Shown piece after piece: positions 38,043-46,350 of a stretch of 64,000 nt of DNA. The notes beneath the pieces were generated by a model. That model was not told the origin of the DNA. It did no database searches and saw only the letters and a program-made list of their open reading frames with translations. Source of the DNA: a virus; the IMG/VR virus record IMGVR_UViG_3300020056_000007; one strand, 5' to 3'. The stretch's first letter is position 1. The number at the start of each line of letters is the position of its first letter. The translations under genes and the position numbers were made by a program.

Positions 38043-38327
38043 ATGATTATGATTAATTATGTAACTGGAAACGAATATACCGGTCAAAACTATAACACCT
38101 TAGCTGCTTTGGGTTATAGCGATGACGATGCATTCGTAACATTTAAGCAGGCTATTAAAATTGATGGTCTTTCTGGTAAAGCTTTAAAGGGTATCAAAAA
38201 AGCTGCTAGCTTGGTACGCTATTCTAAGCATAATACTGAAATTGATGAAACTGGCAAAGAGGTTACTAAGCCTATTTATTTTTCAGTTTTTGACATTAAA
38301 GACGTCCTCGCACGGAGGGAATCATAA
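38043..38327 (+). CDS. ArdC N-terminal-like ssDNA-binding protein
   Basis: NYVTGNEYTGQN...FVTFKQA...FSVF. Confidence 0.55.
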   Translation: MIMINYVTGNEYTGQNYNTLAALGYSDDDAFVTFKQAIKIDGLSGKALKGIKKAASLVRYSKHNTEIDETGKEVTKPIYFSVFDIKDVLARRES

Positions 38328-38527
38328 TGGGTAAAGTAAAGTCACTTATAATGGACGGTGAAGAATTCGCTCAAGAACATTATAATATACCCGAAGCTGA
38401 TTTTAAGCAAAAAGTAAAAGAAAAATATGGCAATGTTCTAACGATCGAAGCCAGATCAGCTATTGATCATTGGTTTGAAATTCAAATGGAATTGAAAGGT
38501 TTTTTTCGTGATGAATGTCCTTACTAA
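38327..38527 (+). CDS. hypothetical protein
   Basis: SD; MGKVK start. Confidence 0.65.
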   Translation: MGKVKSLIMDGEEFAQEHYNIPEADFKQKVKEKYGNVLTIEARSAIDHWFEIQMELKGFFRDECPY

Positions 38528-38620
38528 TTTTCTTGGTTATCTTTTACTTCTCATCTTTTCCTTAAGCTGGATAGATTTCCTTTGGATTTTTGGGGTAGTA
38601 AATAGTCAAGATTACACTAT

Positions 38621-39022
38621 GTGGAAACTTATTCAATTTATGAGTCATTGATGATTTTTGTTACAGGTGGAAATAAAAAATTGAAAGAGGCGGCTTATGA
38701 GGCTGCCTCTTTTTCGTGGAAACAATTATTTCCTAGAATAAATAACTGTAGTATAGAAATTCAATTAATGAATTTAGATGGTAAAACAGGTGATTGCTTA
38801 CAGTGCGATGATAGAGAATTTGAAATACGAGTTGATAAAAATCAAAATTTTGATGATTTTATGACATGTATTATACATGAAATGGTTCATGTTAAACAGC
38901 ATATTCGCAATGAATTTAACAGCTATGATTTTAAAACATATGATGAGTATATTAATCATCCAGCTGAAAAAGAAGCATATGCTTTACAGGAGGAGTTATA
39001 TAAAAAATGGAAGATTTCATAG
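38621..39022 (+). CDS. HExxH zinc metallopeptidase-like (start probably ~38651)
   Basis: IIHEMVHVKQ...PAEKEAY. Confidence 0.75.
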   Translation: METYSIYESLMIFVTGGNKKLKEAAYEAASFSWKQLFPRINNCSIEIQLMNLDGKTGDCLQCDDREFEIRVDKNQNFDDFMTCIIHEMVHVKQHIRNEFNSYDFKTYDEYINHPAEKEAYALQEELYKKWKIS

Positions 39023-39207
39023 ATACGTCTCAAAAAGATGGTTGGAAAAACCATGAAGAAGTTCCTGAAGAAAAATATAGGAAAGCCATGGTTGGCTTAA
39101 CTAGCGAAATTACTTTATTAAAAGAAGAAATTGCCATGCTTGAGTCAAGTCGGTATCAATTAATGAAAAGAATTAAAGAGCTTACAGATGCAGCTAACAG
39201 TAACTGA
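39007..39207 (+). CDS. hypothetical coiled-coil protein
   Basis: GGAGG SD. Confidence 0.6.
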   Translation: MEDFIDTSQKDGWKNHEEVPEEKYRKAMVGLTSEITLLKEEIAMLESSRYQLMKRIKELTDAANSN

Positions 39208-39472
39208 TTCAGCAAAAGAATATTTAAAAAAAGTAGGTAAACCAAATGTATCTCTTTCAGTAAAAGGAGGAGGATGTTCAGGTTTTCAATATGAGTGGGG
39301 AACAACTGATAAGAAACCCACTGTCGCCAATCTATGGTTAGATCCATTAGCAGAAATGTTTGTATTTGGATGTACTGTAGATTATGTAGAGGAACTTGGT
39401 GGTTCGTATTTAAAAGTATTAAATCCTAATGCGACTGCTTCTTGTGGATGTGGAGAAAGTTTTGCAATATAA
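39188..39472 (+). CDS. iscA: HesB/IscA A-type Fe-S carrier
   Basis: GGGCSGFQY, NPNATASCGCGESF. Confidence 0.93.
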   Translation: MQLTVTDSAKEYLKKVGKPNVSLSVKGGGCSGFQYEWGTTDKKPTVANLWLDPLAEMFVFGCTVDYVEELGGSYLKVLNPNATASCGCGESFAI

Positions 39473-39716
39473 AATTTATTCAAAAGCTGGTTGTATATTC
39501 TGCGATGCTGCTATGGAATTATTAGAAAAGCATAATATAGAATATGAAGAAATCAAAGTCCTTGGTAATGAAAAAGCAATGGAGCTTTTCAAACAGAGAA
39601 AATTTAAAACAGTTCCTCAAATTTTTGATAAAGAAGGTAGACACGTAGGTGGATATCAAGATTTAAAACAGAGGTTTGAGTGGCCTGATAATCCAGCAGA
39701 GAGCTATGCAATATGA
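39462..39716 (+). CDS. glutaredoxin
   Basis: CIFC, TVPQIF, VGGY; TTG start after GGAG. Confidence 0.9.
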   Translation: MQYKIYSKAGCIFCDAAMELLEKHNIEYEEIKVLGNEKAMELFKQRKFKTVPQIFDKEGRHVGGYQDLKQRFEWPDNPAESYAI

Positions 39717-39961
39717 ATTGGGAAGATTTTGAAGAAAGGGATTTTTCAGAGGTCTATAATCATTATGTTAATTTAACGATGGATTTAGTTGGTGAAGATA
39801 AAGATCCCTTATTGATTGCAGCTATACTTGTCAGCACGGGTCTTAGTATGTATAGAACATTGTTGAATGAACGCGATTATGATAAAATGGTAGACCAGAT
39901 TGCGTTTTTTAAAGATGACATAACTAGTTTCGAACAAGTCAAAAAAGGTCATTTACATTAA
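39713..39961 (+). CDS. hypothetical protein
   Basis: Coupled ORF. Confidence 0.65.
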   Translation: MNWEDFEERDFSEVYNHYVNLTMDLVGEDKDPLLIAAILVSTGLSMYRTLLNERDYDKMVDQIAFFKDDITSFEQVKKGHLH

Positions 39962-39989
39962 AAAAAATGAAAAAAATCGCATTTAACGG

Positions 39990-40018
39990 TTTACATTTAT
40001 TCAAAACTGTGGTAGAAT
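39990..40018 (+). promoter_or_regulatory. T4-type early promoter
   Basis: TTTACA-17-(TGTGG)TAGAAT. Confidence 0.85.
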
Positions 40019-40051
40019 ATATCTATCAAATGGAAAAAGAGGAGAAACATT

Positions 40052-40393
40052 ATGGAATATGTAGTAGAAACACAAGGTCTTGAGAATTATGGCGCCCATA
40101 GTGAGTCTGGCAAATTTGCCGATTCAACTCACTATTGGAAGTTTAAGGGAGGCACAAATTACATCGTGTCTGGTCTTGATCGCCCTCAAGACGCTATGGC
40201 TTTCATTGCCGCTATTGGTATGGAAAATGGCATTGGCTGGAAAGAGTGGCCTTGCCAAGTCCAAACACTTGCAGAGTGGGAGCAGCAGTTTGATATGAAC
40301 GATCCTTGGGATGTCCAACATCATGAATTCAAACTTTCTATTATGAAACGGGTTAGTCCCGGTGAAATGATCAAAAGCAAGAAAGCGGCGTAA
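40052..40393 (+). CDS. early hypothetical protein
   Basis: GAGGAG SD; ENYGAH...YWKFKGG. Confidence 0.75.
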   Translation: MEYVVETQGLENYGAHSESGKFADSTHYWKFKGGTNYIVSGLDRPQDAMAFIAAIGMENGIGWKEWPCQVQTLAEWEQQFDMNDPWDVQHHEFKLSIMKRVSPGEMIKSKKAA

Positions 40394-40624
40394 TGGAACG
40401 CTTCCGTATTGAAGGTCTAAAAAAATATCAAGTCCAACTCCTTGATCAAATGTGGGAATGTGAAACTCCAAATGACTTATTTGAATTTAGATCAAGTCTT
40501 AATCCTGCCATGCAACAAGAAGTTGATACTCTTGTTACACTCGTACATCTATCTCAAATAGATTATGAAGTTGAACAAATGTCAAGGTTTCCAGTAGTTG
40601 AAGCTCTATTGAAAAAAATTAAAG

Positions 40625-40638
<14 letters not shown>
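40393..40638 (+). CDS. hypothetical protein
   Basis: Coupled ORF. Confidence 0.65.
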
Positions 40639-40867
<229 letters not shown>

Positions 40868-40885
40868 ATTATTAAGGAAAGTGAA

Positions 40886-40999
40886 ATGGCAGCAAAAAAT
40901 GCAAAGAAAACTTCTATCGGTGGTAGAAATCAAAAAATGTCTTCTATGAATAAATCTAAAAAACGTGGCTTTAAAAAATATAGAGGTCAAGGGAAATAA
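40886..40999 (+). CDS. 37-aa Lys/Arg-rich peptide (…KKYRGQGK)
   Basis: AAGGA SD; translated by hand between tRNAs. Confidence 0.7.
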   Translation: MAAKNAKKTSIGGRNQKMSSMNKSKKRGFKKYRGQGK

Positions 41000-41076
<77 letters not shown>

Positions 41077-41079
41077 ATA

Positions 41080-41164
41080 GCCTCCGTGATGAAATAGGTA
41101 GACATAACAGACTTAAAATCTGTGGCCAATTGGCGTGCCGGTTCGAGTCCGGCCGGAGGTACCA
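41080..41164 (+). tRNA. tRNA-Leu (TAA)
   Basis: ACAGA-CTTAAAA-TCTGT; long variable arm; CCA. Confidence 0.95.
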
Positions 41165-41167
41165 ACT

Positions 41168-41584
41168 TTGTTAAAAGGTAATCATCTTTTAAATATTTGT
41201 AATTATACCAAATGGGATTGGCGAGTATCAAATAAAAATCAAATTATAAGAATAAATAAATTGGCTCCTATTATAGAGAAGCTAGAACCCGTTTTGATTC
41301 ACCATGATGAAATATGTTGGAAATATATGGCTGATCCAGAACAAAGAAAATTAGAAAGTAAGGTAAGATATAATAATGCTAACGTAATGATTCCTGGAAT
41401 ATTGGCAGAAGTGCCTAATCCATGTAATCTTAAATATAGAATGATCGACGGCGGACATAGAATGTGTAAATTAAAACTTGAAACAAATTTTACTAAATCT
41501 ATGTTTTATATCATAGATGCGAAAGATTTTTATAATTTGCTTGAAGACTTACCTACAGAAATGGAGAAATATGTTTATTATTGA
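41168..41584 (+). CDS. ParB/Srx-like domain protein (start uncertain)
   Basis: YRMIDGGHR. Confidence 0.6.
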   Translation: MLKGNHLLNICNYTKWDWRVSNKNQIIRINKLAPIIEKLEPVLIHHDEICWKYMADPEQRKLESKVRYNNANVMIPGILAEVPNPCNLKYRMIDGGHRMCKLKLETNFTKSMFYIIDAKDFYNLLEDLPTEMEKYVYY

Positions 41585-42149
41585 TAATTATTTAGATGAA
41601 GAGACTTTCAATGGAATGAAGAATACTATGTTGTCAAGTAGCTTTCCATGGAATTACGCTCAAGTCAAATCTGGAAAAAATACTCACAATACGCCTCAAG
41701 AAGAAATAGAACATTATTCTAATCAACAAATGTACCATGAATTTCATGGATTTGAGCACGCTATTCATAAAACCCATAGTCAAACAATGAAAATCATATG
41801 GCCGCTATTAAAGAAAATTCAACCAGCCGTATTAGGAAGAATTAAAGCCAATCTGCAATTTCATACACAAACTCAATATCAAAGTCCTTTTCATACAGAT
41901 ATGACATTGATGCCAAAAGATGTACCATATTATACTGCTGTATTTTATTTAAATACAAATGATGGGTATACTATACTTGAAGATACTGATGAAAAAATTT
42001 ATTCATATGAAAATAGATTTGTTGTATTCGATGGTCATAGAGCTCATGCTGGATCAACATGTACAGATTCTAAAATTAGAGCTGTAATTAATCTTAATTT
42101 TATACCTAGTGTAGATACAAAATTTGCAGATAATATCATATATAGTTGA
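41571..42149 (+). CDS. 2OG-Fe(II) oxygenase
   Basis: RIKAN, FHTD, TAVFYLNTNDGYT, HAGST, RAVINLNF. Confidence 0.85.
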   Translation: MFIIDNYLDEETFNGMKNTMLSSSFPWNYAQVKSGKNTHNTPQEEIEHYSNQQMYHEFHGFEHAIHKTHSQTMKIIWPLLKKIQPAVLGRIKANLQFHTQTQYQSPFHTDMTLMPKDVPYYTAVFYLNTNDGYTILEDTDEKIYSYENRFVVFDGHRAHAGSTCTDSKIRAVINLNFIPSVDTKFADNIIYS

Positions 42150-42189
42150 TTTTAAAGAAAACTTTTTTTCATTAAAATGCATTTTTTCC

Positions 42190-42218
42190 TTTACATTTGC
42201 TAAAAACTGTAGTAGAAT
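42190..42218 (+). promoter_or_regulatory. T4-type early promoter
   Basis: TTTACA-17-TAGAAT. Confidence 0.8.
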
Positions 42219-42250
42219 AGTACTATAAAATGGAAAAGAGGATAAAGCAA

Positions 42251-42484
42251 ATGTCAAGAATAGTACACCTAGAAGATGGTACAGCAATCAAAGCAGACGT
42301 AATCGAATGCTTTGATATCGCCGTTAAAGATGAATTCAACACACGTAACGGTGTTGGTACAACTGACTTTTGGAATTTTGTAGAGTCAGACATGTATATG
42401 GGTCTTCGCATCTTCTACAATTCTGAATATATTGATGCTTGCTTTAACAAACTTGCCGATATCTTTGAAGGAGAACTTGTATAA
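42251..42484 (+). CDS. early hypothetical protein
   Basis: GAGG SD after promoter. Confidence 0.7.
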   Translation: MSRIVHLEDGTAIKADVIECFDIAVKDEFNTRNGVGTTDFWNFVESDMYMGLRIFYNSEYIDACFNKLADIFEGELV

Positions 42485-42714
42485 TGCAAACTAAAGCTGA
42501 ACGCCTAGCAATGATCAAAGCTGCTGCTGAAAAATTCAATAAAAAGCAAAAGCGTAATCGTCGTGTCCGTGAATCTGAAACATCATTTATGGACAGATAT
42601 TCTGGACTAGATGGTGAAAATATTAACCACTATACAGATGCATCCAAATACGCCAAAGAATACTATGGCGAAACAATGTTTGAAACAACGAGGTTTGATA
42701 ATGATTGGGATTAA
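42484..42714 (+). CDS. hypothetical protein
   Basis: Coupled ORF with SD. Confidence 0.7.
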   Translation: MQTKAERLAMIKAAAEKFNKKQKRNRRVRESETSFMDRYSGLDGENINHYTDASKYAKEYYGETMFETTRFDNDWD

Positions 42715-42792
42715 TGAAATCTTTTGGGGAATGATCATAGGATTATCTTTGGTCGCAATAGATGCTTGGTTTATACCAGGAGGAATGTATTA

Positions 42793-43059
42793 ATGTCTAT
42801 TGGCATTAATCAAGAAATACGTAATAGAATTCGTCTTTCAGTTGCAGCATATGCATATGAATATGACGATAATTCTATTATGTCTGATGCAGAATTTGAT
42901 GAATTGTCTAAAAAAATAAATCCATTTGAAAAAACTGGTAATAAGTTAATGGATAATTTTTTCAAAGAGCATTTTCATCCTGATACTGGAATGTGGATAA
43001 GAAATCATCCAGACATCAATGGCATTAAAAGAATATATAAGGAATTCTATAAGAAATGA
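42793..43059 (+). CDS. stand-alone NAD-dependent DNA ligase Ia-like domain
   Basis: AAYAYEYDDNSIMSDAEFDEL. Confidence 0.65.
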   Translation: MSIGINQEIRNRIRLSVAAYAYEYDDNSIMSDAEFDELSKKINPFEKTGNKLMDNFFKEHFHPDTGMWIRNHPDINGIKRIYKEFYKK

Positions 43060-43225
43060 GAGTTGTACACTATTTAGAAATATTTGCAATGCCATTTGCT
43101 GTTGTGTTGTCTTTAATTGGTGGTCTTTTGATTGGATATGAATCTCATCCTTACGAAAGTTGTAAACGTATGTATAAAACATTCGAAGATATTAGTGAAT
43201 GTGTTTACTTAAAGGAGACTCCGCA

Positions 43226-43420
43226 ATGAGAACTGTACACTATGTTGGATTTAGAGGTGACGAATACACCAGAGCTTATCGCATTTGGGGTGGTCCTGCT
43301 ATGATCCACAAAGTTTACGATGATCGTGTATTCACTGAAGTTGGAGATGACGATGTTGTTATCTTTGGACCAAAACATAAATATGTCCCATATGTTTGGG
43401 ATGCAAGTGGAGATATGTAA
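43226..43420 (+). CDS. hypothetical protein
   Basis: AGGAG SD. Confidence 0.65.
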   Translation: MRTVHYVGFRGDEYTRAYRIWGGPAMIHKVYDDRVFTEVGDDDVVIFGPKHKYVPYVWDASGDM

Positions 43421-43776
43421 TGTCTATGCACCTTATACGTGGTATGACAACTAATTCTTCGAAGCGCCGTAAGACCAACCGTAAACCCGGTTGGCAGGCA
43501 GCCGAAGAAAAGCATAATAAATGGCTTAAAAAAATGGGTGTACATCCAGATCAATTGAAAGGTAAGGAACGTAATGCGGGTCTCTCAATTCCGGACTATT
43601 CAGAAAATCGTCCAACAATCAAAACGTCGGACGCAATTCCAGGTTATTCGCCGAAATCCAAAGCTAACGAATACACCGGTGATTATATTATCGGGATCGG
43701 GACCATGCACAAATCAAACATGGTCCCCGTTACCAGAAAAAAAGATGCAGTAGAAATGGCAAAAATGCGAAGATAA
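43420..43776 (+). CDS. conserved phage hypothetical protein
   Basis: YTG..IIGIGTMHKSNMVPV motif. Confidence 0.7.
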   Translation: MSMHLIRGMTTNSSKRRKTNRKPGWQAAEEKHNKWLKKMGVHPDQLKGKERNAGLSIPDYSENRPTIKTSDAIPGYSPKSKANEYTGDYIIGIGTMHKSNMVPVTRKKDAVEMAKMRR

Positions 43777-43788
43777 TGAAAAAAACGG

Positions 43789-43817
43789 TGTACATTTGTT
43801 GAAAACTGTGGTAGAAT
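43789..43817 (+). promoter_or_regulatory. T4-type early promoter
   Basis: TGTACA-17-(TGTGG)TAGAAT. Confidence 0.85.
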
Positions 43818-43847
43818 ATATCTAGAATTGAAAAAGAGGAGTATAAT

Positions 43848-44975
43848 ATGGCAGCACGTAAAATGAAAGCAAAGGCTTCAAAACGCAGAATTGGTACAAC
43901 ACAGATTCCAATCGATAAAGGTTGGGAAGCTGTAAAATATTATTTCCATCTTGAAATGGAAAAGAAAGATTTGGCACATACTATCAAAACGTATATTAAA
44001 AATACTTACAATAAGTCTGATGTTAAATCTATTTTTGCCAATCCTGAATATTGCTTTACCATGTATACTCATCATTCATGCACAGCATTTTGGGTTAATA
44101 ATAAACTAGATATAGATGCTAATGAAAAAATTCCTGGCTACATTAATTCACTTAAAAAGTATTGTGATAGCCTTATACCAAAAGGGAAACAGATTTTGAA
44201 TGAAAAAGCTCTTGAAGCTAAAGTTCAAAGTAATATAGTAGTATTATCTCCACAACAGCGACTTCAAAAGAAAATTGGTGATACTATTATGCAAGATCTC
44301 ATGGAACTTGAAGATGAATGGATTGAAGGTGAAAAAACTACCCGCGATATCTATAATCTTTTTAAGAAACATGGGCTACCGGCCAGTGCAACGCTACCGG
44401 TTAGATCGATGATTGATGGTTGGTTACTTGATTATGAAGATGCTTATCACAAGCGATGCCCTCAAGCTGTGGAAGGCTATTCACACCTGAAAAGACCAGA
44501 AATTAATCGTCGAATCAAAGCATGCCAAGACATGCTTATGGATCTGGATAGGATCAAGTCTAGTGCTAAGGCTACTCGCAAAATACGCGTAAAAAGGCCC
44601 GTGGCAGCAGATAAGCAAGTTGCTCGTGTTCAATTTTGTCAAGCGAACAAAGAGTTCAAGTTAACATCAATTAATCCAATTATGATAATTGGTCAAACTA
44701 GACTCTATACGTTCAATGTGAAAACACGGATCCTTACAGAATATCTTACCCAAAGCCCAGGTGGGTTCACCATTAGCGGTAGTACCCTTAAAGGAATTGA
44801 TATGGATAATTCTAGATGTACTAAACTTCGGAAACCTGAACAATTCCTATCTGTGGTTTTGGGTAAGACTCCTAATCAAATTAATAAAGAGTGGCAGTCG
44901 CTTTCAACTAAGACTAACACTCCTAATGGACGTATCAATAAAGATACTATCCTACTAAGAGTATTGGACCGCTAA
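43848..44975 (+). CDS. conserved T4-like hypothetical protein
   Basis: EGYSHL, KLRKPE, PNGRINKDTILL. Confidence 0.8.
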   Translation: MAARKMKAKASKRRIGTTQIPIDKGWEAVKYYFHLEMEKKDLAHTIKTYIKNTYNKSDVKSIFANPEYCFTMYTHHSCTAFWVNNKLDIDANEKIPGYINSLKKYCDSLIPKGKQILNEKALEAKVQSNIVVLSPQQRLQKKIGDTIMQDLMELEDEWIEGEKTTRDIYNLFKKHGLPASATLPVRSMIDGWLLDYEDAYHKRCPQAVEGYSHLKRPEINRRIKACQDMLMDLDRIKSSAKATRKIRVKRPVAADKQVARVQFCQANKEFKLTSINPIMIIGQTRLYTFNVKTRILTEYLTQSPGGFTISGSTLKGIDMDNSRCTKLRKPEQFLSVVLGKTPNQINKEWQSLSTKTNTPNGRINKDTILLRVLDR

Positions 44976-45208
44976 TGATTGAAGATCAATTTTTAACTAA
45001 ATCCAAATTTACAAAGTTGGTGGAAGCTACTGTTATTGAACTTAAGATTCCATATATGGAAGCTATCCTTCATCTTTGTGAAAAGAATGATATTGAACCT
45101 GAAGATGTAAAGAAATTTATATCTCCAATTATAAAAGATAAGCTTGAGGCAGAAGCTCGTAATTTAAATTTTTTGCCTCGACAAAATGCACTTGAACAGT
45201 TTATGTGA
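44975..45208 (+). CDS. gp33: late-transcription coactivator gp33
   Basis: YMEAILHLCEKNDIEPE...KLEAEARNLNFL; precedes gp32. Confidence 0.88.
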   Translation: MIEDQFLTKSKFTKLVEATVIELKIPYMEAILHLCEKNDIEPEDVKKFISPIIKDKLEAEARNLNFLPRQNALEQFM

Positions 45209-45214
45209 TATGTG

Positions 45215-45255
45215 TATAAATAAACCTGTACAACAACGTATGAATGTTGTATAAT
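45215..45255 (+). promoter_or_regulatory. tandem late (45215-45222) and sigma70-like (45227-45255) promoters of gp32
   Basis: TATAAATA; TGTACA-17-TATAAT. Confidence 0.7.
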
Positions 45256-45288
45256 ATTTCAGTAGATACAAGCAAGACGGAGTAACAT

Positions 45289-46170
45289 ATGAGCTTTGAA
45301 AATCTAAAAAGAAACCGTGATCAGATTTCTAAACTGGTCCAAGCCGCCGAAAAAGTTGGTGGCAATACCGAAACAAAATCCTACGAAGATAACCGCATTT
45401 GGAAACCCACAGTAGATAAAGCTGGTAATGGGTATGCCGTACTACGGTTTCTTCCTGCAGCTGAAGGTGAAGAACTACCTTGGGTTCGTTATTGGGATCA
45501 TGGCTTTAAGGGCCCAACAGGTCTTTGGTACATCGAGAATAGCTTGACTTCAATTGGTCAAAATGACCCAGTTGGTGAATTGAATTCTCGTCTCTGGAAT
45601 TCAGGCATTGAGTCTGATAAAGATAAAGCCCGTACCCAAAAGCGTAGGTTGCATTATGTGACTAATGTATATGTTGTTGAAGATCCATCTAATCCAGAAA
45701 ATGAAGGTAAAGTTTTCCTTTATAAGTTTGGTAAGAAAATCTTTGATAAGATTATGGATGTCATGCAGCCAGCATTTCAGGATGAAACACCCATCAATCC
45801 ATTTGATTTTTGGGAAGGTGCTAATTTCAAACTAAAGATTCGAAATGTTGAGGGTTACCGCAACTATGACAAATCTGAGTTTGCAAGTGCATCTCAACTC
45901 GCTGAAGACGATAAGTTAGAAGCAATTTATGATAAAATGTATTCTCTTAAAGAGTTTACCGATCCAAGTAACTATAAAACATATGATGAACTTAAAACAA
46001 AATTGATGCGAGTTCTTGGTGAGGAAGCTACTGCTGGAGCATACACTGTGAAAGAAGAAGCAAAAATAAATGAACCTATTCCAGCATATGAACCAATTAC
46101 GGCTGAGCAGGTTGATACATCTGAAGATGACACTATGTCATATTTTGCTAAACTGGCACAGGAAGACTAA
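45289..46170 (+). CDS. gp32: ssDNA-binding protein gp32
   Basis: GNGYAVLRFLPA, WYIENS, GKKIFDKI, NYDKSEF, acidic tail. Confidence 0.96.
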   Translation: MSFENLKRNRDQISKLVQAAEKVGGNTETKSYEDNRIWKPTVDKAGNGYAVLRFLPAAEGEELPWVRYWDHGFKGPTGLWYIENSLTSIGQNDPVGELNSRLWNSGIESDKDKARTQKRRLHYVTNVYVVEDPSNPENEGKVFLYKFGKKIFDKIMDVMQPAFQDETPINPFDFWEGANFKLKIRNVEGYRNYDKSEFASASQLAEDDKLEAIYDKMYSLKEFTDPSNYKTYDELKTKLMRVLGEEATAGAYTVKEEAKINEPIPAYEPITAEQVDTSEDDTMSYFAKLAQED

Positions 46171-46312
46171 GGCGAACGGGGAAAGCCTGGCAATCAAGCC
46201 GAATGTACCCAAGCAAATCCATTCTTGTAGTCTGCAGCTCTTGGATGGTCGGTAAAAGCGCTGGTACCGTAGAAGAAAATCCAGCCGGTTGCTGCATACG
46301 TCAAATGCAGAT
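46171..46312 (+). ncRNA. candidate structured ncRNA of unknown family
   Basis: GC-rich non-coding stretch with several hairpins (ATCCA/TGGAT, GCTGG/CCAGC, CTGCAT/ATGCAG). Confidence 0.5.
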
Positions 46313-46314
46313 AG

Positions 46315-46350
46315 AAGGGGAGGTACCTAGGAAGGCCTCCCCTTTGATTT
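46315..46350. terminator. intrinsic terminator between convergent units
   Basis: AAGGGGAGG...CCTCCCCTT then TGATTTTT. Confidence 0.8.
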
